A stretch of DNA of 63,575 nt, the filler included. It is 16 parts of 16 records of this genome, joined end to end, with 100 filler letters (N's around TTAATTAATTAA, not from the genome) between each part and the next. Parts side by side here need not be neighbours in the genome. Positions count along the whole stretch, not along the records: positions 21,851 to 25,504 come from SRR15195285_12140; positions 25,605 to 29,716 come from SRR15195285_12143; positions 29,817 to 33,787 come from SRR15195285_12187; 13 more parts are not named here. The stretch is one strand, 5' to 3'. Positions within the stretch are counted from its first letter, which is position 1, and the number at the start of each line of letters is the position of its first letter. This document shows positions 23,956-33,887 of the stretch, one piece after another. Below the pieces are notes generated by a model that was not told where the DNA came from, did not search any database, and saw only the letters and a program-made list of their open reading frames with translations. A program made the position numbers and the translations under genes.

Positions 23956-24134
23956 TACCCGGCGGCTAGTCTTGATCTGCAGAGTAGCCTGCGTGTCAAT
24001 GGAGCAATGCGCCTTGCTAGACGACACAAAAGACCTGGGCACCCAATCTGGCATTTGGGGACACATTGGGTAGGCAGAACACATCGATCAGTTGCCTCGT
24101 GTACACCATCTCTCACCGGTGAAGATCCATTTGC

Positions 24135-25365
24135 CTACAGCTTTGGGAGCGGAGCTGGCCGTGGCAACGCAGCGTATCGCGGCGTCATGAACTCCGCAGC
24201 GCCTGGTGCCTCGACCGGCGAATACTCGTTCAGCGAATTCCAACCAGGGTAATGCTCTTCAAGTCTCTCAAGCGTCTCCGCTGTGTAGAGCTCGTGGTCC
24301 GGCGCAGGGAAGCGGAAGTACTGCCGCTGCCGAGCGTTGAGACCTGAGATGAAGGTGCGCCAGTGTGGATTTGAGCCCACGTTCGTGAAGGACCCGACGC
24401 CTTCCCATGGGTGGTCAGCGCGGCCGTAGATCCTTGTCAGGGTGTAACGCTGCCCGACCTCTCCCTGGAACATGCTCGAGCTGTGCCAGAGTACCGTGTT
24501 CTGATCCAGAACAGCACAGCACGTATAAGAGGCAATAGGCCCGGCTAGGCGGCAGAAGAGCGGCTGGATAGTGCGTACAAATATCATCAATGTGTTTGCC
24601 GGCACGCATAGCGCAATCGCATCCGATTTGTCTGGCTGGACGCTGCTGTCCGCCGGAGCCTTGTGTTTCGGCACCACCAGCATCGGTGCCTGCGACTCGT
24701 CCACCGCCTCGGGGAAATACCAGCTCGAGATCTGCCCGAGCCGACGGTCGTGTGTCGGCGGCACAAGGCTGTTGTTGCCGTTGTCGACGTGGAAGCCACC
24801 GAAACGCTGGCGCGTGGTTCCCTCGGTGCCACCCCCATGCTTGTACTTCTGCACCACGGCCTCGTTCTCAGGGCCTTGTGGGTCGTTCCCAGGAAAGCGC
24901 ACCCAGTTGTGCGCCAGCCGCATATGTAAATTGGCGCTGCCCAGTGCTGCTGCGATGAACTCTAGCAGGTCTGGGTCTGTGGTCACATCGTTGAAGATTT
25001 GATGCTCGTACGGGAACGAGCTGCCGACAAACGCGTTCTCAGGGATCGGCCGAGGTGGCACCCAGCTCCGCATGGCCTCCACTATCTCCTGCCGCGTCTC
25101 CTCAGGAAACCCTGCACCAGCGAGCCGCCAACGGAGAAAAACAGAGACAGCTGTCAGAAAGCAGTGGGGACATGTTCTCGCGCTTAGCGTTTGTGCGGTT
25201 GACGCGTCTGCCCAGGTCGCTCGTTCTTCACGCTGAACAGTGCGTGCCACTGCCAGAGCGGAACGGGCGGACAGCTGGCCGGGAGACATGGGACGCACAG
25301 TTCTCGATGATGAGGTAGCCGTCGGTCTCGTACTGGCGCAAATGCTCCGCGGAAAGCCGCACCAT
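24135..25365 (-). CDS. PhyH-family Fe(II)/2-oxoglutarate dioxygenase
   Basis: MVRLSAEHLRQYETDGYLIIEN exon spliced to (W)FPEE; FHVD and WHSS iron-ligand motifs; two GT-AG introns. Confidence 0.85.
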
Positions 25366-25604
25366 GGTGGTCGTCGGCGCGACGTAGCCTGCAGTACGGA
25401 ACCGAGGCCCGCCGCCGCGCGCCGGGGGTCTCGCTGCTCGCGGTGGCATGGCGCGGCGGCACGCGCATGAAGTAAGTATCACCGCTCCAGCATGCACTCC
25501 AACTNNNNNNNNNNNNNNNNNNNNNNNNNNNNNNNNNNNNNNNNNNNNTTAATTAATTAANNNNNNNNNNNNNNNNNNNNNNNNNNNNNNNNNNNNNNNN
25601 NNNN

Positions 25605-25634
25605 CGCTACGCTACGTATACACACTATCACATG
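25605..25634. repeat. 30-bp inverted repeat, left end of contig (partner 29687-29716)
   Basis: CGCTACGCTACGTATACACACTATCACATG is the exact reverse complement of the last 30 nt of the same contig. Confidence 0.97.
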
Positions 25635-26450
25635 CATGTTGGCGAATATACAAGCGCCGGAGTGTATTTGAAAGGTTCGCATAGTACGTACCTCGTACCA
25701 GGCTCCGGCACCTATTGATACCGGGGATCGGGTGATGCCGGGCTGGCCGGGTCACAAGTGCGCGCGCGCGTGCACGAGGGAAGTGTCGCAATCGATAGAA
25801 TTCTCATCATACCTGGTCGGGAGGGAGGAATTCCTGTGATACTGATAATAGTTGCCAAACCGAATTCTCATCACGAATGGATATGAATTCGAAAATGTTC
25901 TTGATCAGGCAGTAGTGAGTAGACCGGTACGTGTACTACATTGTACAATATACTAGTAGTACCGGCCGTACGGTACCGGTACGTGTACAGTACTGTACAG
26001 TTGAGTGTGAGTCGATGAGTCGAATGAGGAGAAATCAATCCCGCGCGCGCCCATCACGCCCCGCGGATTTGTACAGCCGCAACCGACAAGGTATACGGGC
26101 ACGCACGCTCTATCGGTACGCGTGTACCTACGCCTAGGATTCCTACTAGCTAGCTAGTACTACCTTGCGCGTTGCGGTAGGTATCCTACTCAGCGCAGCC
26201 AGAGTGCTGGTACGCGTGCGTCCGTGCGTGGGCGTGGTGGATCGCACGATTGCAACGAGATCAGGCCCCATTGCTACAGCTGTATACGGTACTGCAGTAC
26301 TAGTACCTACTAGTAGCTAGAGGTAGGTACCCAGCAGTACCTCAGTGTACTATACTGCAGTACCGAGTACCCAGCCAGCAGTACCTATCCGAGGAGCAGG
26401 TACTATCATTGTAGGTACCCAGCGGCTCACCGCGCGCACCGCCGCGGACG

Positions 26451-28424
26451 ATGAGAGCTTCCTGCAGCAGCAGGCCTGCTGGTCTCGAACGCAGAAAGGT
26501 ACATGTATTCGCAGTGTTTCTGATCGCGCCACTGGGCCTACTGTGGTGCACGTGCGATGCGACATCGCAGCAAGCAGTCACGCCTTCCTTCGGCTTCGAA
26601 CACGGTGTCGCCAGCGGCGACCCACTCTCGGATCGAATCATCCTGTGGACCCGCATCACGCCGCAGCAACAGCAGCAGCATGGGCAGCAGGTCGATGTGC
26701 GCTGGGAGCTGTCCCGCACCCAGGAGTTTGGAATTATCGACATGTCTGGCATTGTGCACACCGACGCCGAGCATGACTGGACAGTGAAGCACGATGCGGC
26801 TGATCTGCAGCACAGCACACCGTACTGGTTCCGCTTCATGGTCAACGACCACGCATCACCGGTCGGCACGTTCAAGCTCCCACCACCAGAAGGCCACCAA
26901 CTGAGCTCCTTGCAGTATGCTGTCTTCAGCTGTGCAAACTGGCGATTCGGATACTTCAACGGGTATGAGGACGCAGCACAGCGGGGGCTTGACTTTTGGA
27001 TCCACCTGGGAGACTTCTACTACGAGTACGGCTCGACCTTCTACCCCCTGCAGCACCAGGCCGTCCGAGAAGGCCTGGTGCCCGCCCACGACGCTGTGAC
27101 ACTTGCTGACTACCGGCTGCGGCACAGCCACTATCGGCGCGATGCGTCCTTACAGAAGCTGACTGCCGCCGCGCCACTCATTGCCATATGGGACGACCAC
27201 GAGGTTGCAAATGATCAATGGGCCAACGGTGCGCAGAATCACGACGAGTCTGAGCAAGACAAATATGTCACCCGCAAGTTCAGCGCGGCTCAAGCCTACC
27301 GCGAGTGGATGCCTGTCCGGGGGCTTGACAAAGATCATCCGTTCAGCCTGCACCGGTCATTTGGGTTCGGAAATTTGGCCCAATTGTTTATGATGGAGAC
27401 GCGAATGGAATCGCGGACACACAACAGCCACGGCTCTAGCGATGGCGTGCAACTCAGTGACGTGCCTGGTAAGAAGGGCTGGGTTACGCAGCAACTACAA
27501 AAGCTGATTGATAAGTATGAACTACCACCTGCAGACTGGGCTGGCTCGGAGCTGGAAGATGAGGTGCTACAGCTCAAGCTCGTGGTCGATTCCTTCCGCA
27601 ACATTTCCACACGTGCTATCGTTGGGGCAGACACAATCGAAAGCCTGCAAGCAGAAGCCACTCGGTCTGTAAGGGCCGGCAAGACCTGGCAGCTATTTGG
27701 ACAGCCGCAAGTCATGCAAGACCACCACTCTGGTGATTGGTTGGCGGCCATCGATATCGCACGCACCAAAGGCGACGAAAGCACTGCAGCATTTTGGAAC
27801 GCAGCAATTTCTAACGTGACACAGTGGCCTTTTGACAGCAAGCAGCCAAGAACATTCACCTCTTACGCCCCAGACTTTGCACACAGGAAGAATTTGAACC
27901 AGGCCTTCCCAGTCACACGGGAGCTAACGCGTGATACACTTGTTGCGCTAGCTGCTGGACGCTATCGCGTTCCGCGCGAATTTGATGATTGGCAGTCGCA
28001 CCTCGCGGAGCGTCGCCATATTGCCAGCGCCATCCGTCGCAGTGGCTCCGAGAACACAATCATCTATGGCGGAGACTCGCACTCTGCTTGGGTGGGTGGG
28101 ATCTACGACCCCATGGAGCCGGAGTCGATCGTGGCGGCTGAGTTTGATGTCATGTCCTTGACATCTCCAAGTGAGTCGCTGCATCTGAACTATCTTCCGA
28201 TGGACCTGCTCGATGCGGGGGTCACTGCGAACAACGTTGGCTTAAAATGGGCGGACCTGCACGATCGGGGGTATATGCTGGTGGAGCTGAACCACGAGAA
28301 ACAGCACGTTCAGTTTTTGAGCGTCGGAGTGGAACAGCACCGATTGTTTTCGACCCAATGCCTCGCGGCCTTCGAAGTTGTGGCGGGGCACCACAACGCT
28401 GTGAACCATGCAAGCTGTGTCTAA
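26451..28424 (+). CDS. phoD: Alkaline phosphatase D family (PhoD)
   Basis: FEHGVASGDP...IILWTR, FSCANWRFGYF, HLGDFYYEY, IWDDHEVAND, AYREWMP, GDSHSAW; intronless. Confidence 0.94.
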   Translation: MRASCSSRPAGLERRKVHVFAVFLIAPLGLLWCTCDATSQQAVTPSFGFEHGVASGDPLSDRIILWTRITPQQQQQHGQQVDVRWELSRTQEFGIIDMSGIVHTDAEHDWTVKHDAADLQHSTPYWFRFMVNDHASPVGTFKLPPPEGHQLSSLQYAVFSCANWRFGYFNGYEDAAQRGLDFWIHLGDFYYEYGSTFYPLQHQAVREGLVPAHDAVTLADYRLRHSHYRRDASLQKLTAAAPLIAIWDDHEVANDQWANGAQNHDESEQDKYVTRKFSAAQAYREWMPVRGLDKDHPFSLHRSFGFGNLAQLFMMETRMESRTHNSHGSSDGVQLSDVPGKKGWVTQQLQKLIDKYELPPADWAGSELEDEVLQLKLVVDSFRNISTRAIVGADTIESLQAEATRSVRAGKTWQLFGQPQVMQDHHSGDWLAAIDIARTKGDESTAAFWNAAISNVTQWPFDSKQPRTFTSYAPDFAHRKNLNQAFPVTRELTRDTLVALAAGRYRVPREFDDWQSHLAERRHIASAIRRSGSENTIIYGGDSHSAWVGGIYDPMEPESIVAAEFDVMSLTSPSESLHLNYLPMDLLDAGVTANNVGLKWADLHDRGYMLVELNHEKQHVQFLSVGVEQHRLFSTQCLAAFEVVAGHHNAVNHASCV

Positions 28425-28526
28425 TGTACCAATTGCTGCATTTGATTCGCACATGCCCCCAGCGTGAGACCTACGAACTCGGATGTACTTGCAGTGCATC
28501 ACAGCAGCGCGTTCAACCATCCGCAG

Positions 28527-29686
28527 CTAACTGCGCCTGTGCCAGTACATCCACATGTAAAACACCCCAAAAAGCAACGGCATGACAAGGCGAGCGATCC
28601 AATCCAGTCGCGTCAGCCCGGCGGTGCCCTCCGTCAATAGTGCTGTCAAGCGTGGCCACTTTTCTGGGTCCAGAGCTGCAGCCATCCACCGCCAGCAGCC
28701 TCCAGATGGTGAACTACCAAGAAGACCTGCTAGATCCTCCTCGTCTGAGAGAGTGAAGGTAGCTCTTGGCTCTAAGCTCCCACCGGGCGTGTACACAGGA
28801 GTGGCAACCTGCATCCTCGATGCACTGGCCTGTGGCGGCGTGGACTCGGGTGGCGTGTATGCCGCTGCTCTCCGCTGGTTGAGATCGTGATCACCACGCT
28901 GACTGTATATGCTATCGCCGCCGCTATTGTCACTGGTTACTTGACTCTCGCGATTACCAGAGATGGTGCCCAGCTCAACCTCCAGCAATGAGCAGCTGCG
29001 CCCGATGTCCTTCTCCTTCTTGACCTTCTTCTTCTGGCGGTAAGCGTAATGGCAGATGCAGTACTCCATGAAGATCGCGACGTGAAAATAGAGTATCCCT
29101 GCTTGAAAGTCGGTTATCCATGTAGAGTCTGCTATTGCTGGGAGCTGCGGCGCAGACACAGCAGCGGTCCATCAGCATCAGCAGGCGGCAGGAATGATCC
29201 AAGACAACACAAGACGAGATGGGCTGTGCCACTTGAAGCCACAGGAACAGTATGTTGACTGCAAAGAACGGTGAAGTGGATCAGTACTTGATTGATTCAC
29301 AGTGGTTCACCGTACCTGCGCTCGGATGGAGGAATCAATTGTGAGGTGTGCAAGTATTGTAATCGCATGCACTCCCGGGCGCCCAGGGTTGTGATTACCA
29401 ATAAACAGACCGAGATAAGACATCAGAAGCAGCGTCCAGCTCGGGTTAATGTAACCAGTAATCCACATGGCCTCCTGTCGTCTGACCGTGATATCCAACG
29501 AGGCGCGTGAGAACTTTTCCTCGCTACCTGGGGCGATGATCGTGTTGACCGACGTGCTGCAGATTGAATAGCTTTCGTCATTGACAGTCGTCGCACTGTC
29601 CGCGAACTGCCACTCTGGGTTCGACTGGTTGGCCACACCAGTGTAGTCCGCGCTGCGGTCGCAGCCACCCGTCCACTTGAGAATAA
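28527..29686 (-). CDS. Pentameric ligand-gated ion channel subunit (5' partial: end of extracellular domain + M1-M4)
   Basis: VILKW, NPEWQF, FSRASLDITVRR, M1 YINPSWTLLLMSYLGLFI, M2 PGRPGVHAITILAHLT, QLP, M3 TWITDF...MEY, M4 LDWIARLVMP; intron 29145-29315. Confidence 0.9.
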
Positions 29687-29816
29687 CATGTGATAGTGTG
29701 TATACGTAGCGTAGCGNNNNNNNNNNNNNNNNNNNNNNNNNNNNNNNNNNNNNNNNNNNNTTAATTAATTAANNNNNNNNNNNNNNNNNNNNNNNNNNNN
29801 NNNNNNNNNNNNNNNN

Positions 29817-30284
29817 GTTGTCAGCTCTCCACTAGTGCTTGGAATGGACATGACCAATGAGACAGTCATGGCAGAGGTGTGGTCATACGTCAGCAATCCA
29901 GAAGCTCTGGCCGTCAATCAGGCGTTTGTAGGTGACCCCGGGCGATTGGTATACCCACACCTGACGCCTCCCGACAATGGTGCAGAGTCCATGGAAAGTT
30001 CAAAAGCGGCATCAGCAACGTCAATCGAGGTTTGGGCTAAGGTCCTGCCAAAAGGCGCAATAGCGCTGCTTGCGATCAACACTGACACGAGTGCTTCGGC
30101 GGGCCTAGAGATCAAGCTCGCGCCTATCTTGGGCAAACCGGCCACCTGGTGCGCGACCGGCGACTGCAAAGTCAGAGACGTTTGGAGGCAGGTGGCAAAT
30201 GGAACAGTCGGCGTCGGTGGCGTTTGGACTGTGGTGGATCTGGCACCACACGATTCACACTTCGTAGTTGTGAGCCCGAGCTAG
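29817..30284 (+). CDS. GH27 alpha-galactosidase-like, C-terminal part (5' partial)
   Basis: VVSSPLVLGMD, NPEALAVNQ, EVWAKVL, ALLAIN, VRDVW, LAPHDS. Confidence 0.88.
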   Translation, partial: VVSSPLVLGMDMTNETVMAEVWSYVSNPEALAVNQAFVGDPGRLVYPHLTPPDNGAESMESSKAASATSIEVWAKVLPKGAIALLAINTDTSASAGLEIKLAPILGKPATWCATGDCKVRDVWRQVANGTVGVGGVWTVVDLAPHDSHFVVVSPS

Positions 30285-30353
30285 TACAGTGGATTATGCC
30301 AAACAAAGAATAGCATCTCGACTCTTCATTCGACTCTGCATTCTGAACTCGAA

Positions 30354-32534
30354 CTACAACATTCGCAGAGGCTTGCCTGCTTTTGCACATTGGTCAGAGC
30401 CCTTGCAAGTCATGAGCGCCTCCAACTGGGCAACCATGCCCGTCATCATGACTGGTGAGAGCGTGTGTGCGAGGTTGGTCAGCTGCCACGGCTCGGAAGT
30501 CATATTGTAGAATTCCACAAAGTTGGTTTGGTTCCGCACGAAGCTCAGGTCGTACCCCGTGGCGTCATAGAAATGACAGAAGATCGTGTCAGTCTTAGTA
30601 GCCGGCACTAGGGTGCGGACACAGGCCCACGTGTTGTTGACACTGTCGACAGTCACCATGATGGTCGGACAGTCGGTGCGTCTGACGTCTGGGTCGACGC
30701 ACCACCCATCCTGTCCCTTTGGGCTAGCCTGCACATCGTTGCCAATGTGTGGAATGGGAAAGTACTCAATCAGAAATGCTCGACCACTAGTATCAGCAGC
30801 GCTGCTATCGGGAGCAGCCAGGCTGTCGTTGCTGTCGTCAATACTAGCTGCATTGGCCATATGAAGGAGGGGCAACATCGACTGCCCATCCATCTCAGCA
30901 ACGGCGCTTGCGCCAAAGCCAGCGAGGGCCAGCAGCGTCGGGGCGATGTCGATGTTGAGCGTCGGAGCTTCAACCTTCCTTGCGACCCCACCTGGTGAAG
31001 GTGGGTAGGCGGTGCTCGAGGGCATCCGCACGAACATCGGAATGTGCACATCTTCTTCGTACGGTAGCATCTTGCAGTACGCAACCCCCCATTGGCCAGA
31101 GTGGTAGCCGTGGTCACTAGAGTACACGAATACGGTTCGGTCCATCGCATCTTCGGGCGCACTCGCAACCGTTGCAAATATTCTTGCCACCAGGTCATCA
31201 ACCGACTGGAGCGAACGAAGCCGTCGTCTCCAGACATGGTCAGAGTATTCAATAGTTGTGCTATTCATTGGCTCAAGGGTAGAGAGCCAACGGTGCTTGT
31301 CATGACCAATGGCATTCCATGAAGGTGTTCGTGGTGCCTTGCGATCGGTGAACGACATCATGTACTGTGGCGCAGGTTGCGCTGGCCTGTGTGGCGCGGG
31401 CGTGTGCACCACTGTCAGCACTGGCCTCGATGATGATGTGAGGGCTCTGTGCAGAAACGCCACAGAACGATTGGCGAGAAGATCCGTAAGGTAGTCTGTG
31501 CCATAGTCGTCGCCATGTCTCTCTTCTGTGCCGTTGACGCTCAGGACATAGTTGTAGAACCTGCTGTTGCCCTGTAAGGCACACCACTCAGACCATCCAG
31601 GTGGAACGTAGGAGAGTGGCTGCTGTGGCTGTGTACCATAAGCGTTGAGGTACTTGCCGAAGAAACCTGACGTGTAATTTGCGGCCCCCAAAAAGGCGGC
31701 ATAAGCCCGCGGTTCTTCCTCCTCGACCCAATGATCACTGCTGCAGCCCATTTGGGCGTTGTTTTGCAGCGTGCCCGTGTTGTGGATATACTTTCCAGTC
31801 AAATATGAAGACCGGGATGGACAGCAGATGGGGGTCGCTACGTATCCACGCTCCAGGCTGAAGCAGCTGCCACCACCAGCGCAGCCACCACCTGTGATAG
31901 GCCGTCCAGCTTGGCTAGTAGTTTGGACTCCATCGAGGCCGAAGAGCGAGCGCGTTTTCGGCATGGCATCCATCGAGTCCTGCTGCTTGTCTTGATCGTC
32001 AGTCAAGATGAAGACTACGTTTGGACGAAACCCCAACGGTGGCGATTCTGTCGGCCCTGCAGGTGGTGGCATCGCCGGATTCGGCACTGGTGACGGGGAC
32101 GGCGCCTTGCACGGCGGACAGGGCGGATGCGTCGACTGGTTGCACTGTCCAGGTGTCGAAATCGATGGGCAGTAGGTCTTGCCCGGGTGGCCTGTGCACG
32201 GAAGTGCCGGACACGAGCCCACCCCACTGACGACACCTGTGCCGTGTGGTTTTGCTGCATAGGGCATCAACCAACACTTCTTCCGCATTGTTGGGTCTGG
32301 GTCGTTAGGTCCATGATAGGTCCACGCAGTACACCCATGTTTCGAAGCGCACACCGCGCAGCACTCGTGCTCGCTGTCCACAAGTGGAGAGCCCAATGCG
32401 ATCCCAGCATTCGCGATGCCGTGTTGAACGCGCTCGAAGCCAGCACAGGTCGACGTGACGGCACCGGCAGCGGCGATTATATGCAGCGGGGCCAATGAGA
32501 GCGCGACTGTCAGCGTCACCCTGAAGGGCTGCAT
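30354..32534 (-). CDS. Secreted N-acetylglucosamine-6-sulfatase-like S1 sulfatase with N-terminal PAN/apple domain
   Basis: Signal peptide MQPFRVTLTVALSL; ECCAVC...CTAWTY...CWL; RPNVVFILTDDQD, ICCPSRSSYLTG, GKYLNAY, SSDHGYH, NIDIAPTLL. Confidence 0.93.
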   Translation of the reverse strand: MQPFRVTLTVALSLAPLHIIAAAGAVTSTCAGFERVQHGIANAGIALGSPLVDSEHECCAVCASKHGCTAWTYHGPNDPDPTMRKKCWLMPYAAKPHGTGVVSGVGSCPALPCTGHPGKTYCPSISTPGQCNQSTHPPCPPCKAPSPSPVPNPAMPPPAGPTESPPLGFRPNVVFILTDDQDKQQDSMDAMPKTRSLFGLDGVQTTSQAGRPITGGGCAGGGSCFSLERGYVATPICCPSRSSYLTGKYIHNTGTLQNNAQMGCSSDHWVEEEEPRAYAAFLGAANYTSGFFGKYLNAYGTQPQQPLSYVPPGWSEWCALQGNSRFYNYVLSVNGTEERHGDDYGTDYLTDLLANRSVAFLHRALTSSSRPVLTVVHTPAPHRPAQPAPQYMMSFTDRKAPRTPSWNAIGHDKHRWLSTLEPMNSTTIEYSDHVWRRRLRSLQSVDDLVARIFATVASAPEDAMDRTVFVYSSDHGYHSGQWGVAYCKMLPYEEDVHIPMFVRMPSSTAYPPSPGGVARKVEAPTLNIDIAPTLLALAGFGASAVAEMDGQSMLPLLHMANAASIDDSNDSLAAPDSSAADTSGRAFLIEYFPIPHIGNDVQASPKGQDGWCVDPDVRRTDCPTIMVTVDSVNNTWACVRTLVPATKTDTIFCHFYDATGYDLSFVRNQTNFVEFYNMTSEPWQLTNLAHTLSPVMMTGMVAQLEALMTCKGSDQCAKAGKPLRML

Positions 32535-32766
32535 TACCTGCAGCCCAGCTGGCTGGGCGCTCGCGCGCGCGCTTGATGAATTCGTGAACTTCGATTCACC
32601 TGCGCCGCGCAGTACAGTATCGTGTATCTCGTGTATCTGTATGCGATGAGAATCGAATATCAATAAGAGAATGCGCGCATGCCAGCGCGCGTGCGTTCCG
32701 CTCGCGAGCTCCGCCTTTGTGGGTCCCTGTCCTTGTCCCTGTCCCCTTGCAACAGTAGCGAAGAGG

Positions 32767-33757
32767 ATGCTCCGGCTTGTGACGACGCTGGGGGGGCTGT
32801 CGGTTGCTTGCGCAAGCGTGCGTCTGCAGTCCGGCTTCGTCCTTGAGGACGAGGTTGGCCCCACGACCGTCGCTGCCAGTGTGTGGTACCGTGGCAGCGA
32901 CGCTCCCGAAGGCAGCGGCGACAACATCGTCGGCGCGACGGCGGCGATCAAGAGCTGGGCAGCCAAGGAGCAGGCACACCTCGTCGGGCCTGGCGGCGAC
33001 GTGCTCACAGAGGCTGCGGCCGGCACAGTCCCTCTCAAGTCTTACTTCTCCGAAGAGCTGCAAGACACGCTGACCGTAGCAAGCAGCGAGGGCCTAGCGT
33101 GGGCGACGGAGCCGGATCACAGCTACAAATTCCTGCAGATCGAGGGCTACTGTTACTCAGCGGCCCCGAAGGTCGACGCGGTGGCGCTAACTCAGTACTG
33201 GAGCCCTGGGCGCAACGACTCTTTTATGGTTGTAGCTGGCAGCAGCAACGAGGCAGCCGCCCTAAATGCCAAGTATGAGAAAAAATGGGTGGAGTGCTGG
33301 GCCGCACCGCCGCCACCACCGGCGACCTGTCGCGCAGGTACAGACTGCGGCGGCACAGGTGATTGGACTACGTGGGAAGACAAGCCACCTACGCCAACCT
33401 ACACGAACCCAGGCAAGATTCCATTTCCGAAATCCAAGGATCTGCTTGGCTGGGAGTACAAGAGCGGCAGCAACCCGGGATACGGAGGTGGCAACCATGT
33501 CGCCCGCTCTGCGGACACATGGTACCCGTCCTGGGGCGCCGACGGCAACCTGTACACGCCTTGGACTGACGGATCGGTCGTTGATGATGGGACGGGGAAG
33601 AACACACGCTCCGGTAGTGGGCGGCGGCTTCAAGAAGTGTCTTCCGAAGCCATCTCTGCTTCGAGCGGAAGCCTGGACGGCGGGCATTTTACGACCACCG
33701 GCCAGGCCATCATTGTTGGTGACGACCCGTTTGCCCTGAACATCACGAAGGTCAAGA
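32767..33757 (+). CDS. Secreted protein, probable beta-propeller glycosidase-like (DUF4185-like) with N-terminal repeats (3' truncated)
   Basis: Signal peptide MLRLVTTLGGLSVACAS; repeats VPLKSYFS...D and VALTQYWS...D; ADTWYPSWGADGNLYTPWTDG; frame runs into a 30-bp inverted copy of the contig start. Confidence 0.65.
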
Positions 33758-33787
33758 CATTCCAAGCACTAGTGGAGAGCTGACAAC
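33758..33787. repeat. 30-bp inverted repeat, right end of contig (partner 29817-29846)
   Basis: CATTCCAAGCACTAGTGGAGAGCTGACAAC is the reverse complement of GTTGTCAGCTCTCCACTAGTGCTTGGAATG. Confidence 0.97.
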
Positions 33788-33887
33788 NNNNNNNNNNNNN
33801 NNNNNNNNNNNNNNNNNNNNNNNNNNNNNNNTTAATTAATTAANNNNNNNNNNNNNNNNNNNNNNNNNNNNNNNNNNNNNNNNNNNN

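Noticed and set aside
26451-28424. Intronless phoD as bacterial contamination
   Set aside because: It shares a contig with an intron-containing pLGIC gene and has eukaryote-like flanks.
32535-33038. 168-aa N-terminal extension of the sulfatase ORF (similar extensions at 52499 and 10218)
   Set aside because: It is antisense to the neighbouring gene or is GC-rich upstream sequence; downstream ATGs begin clear signal peptides.
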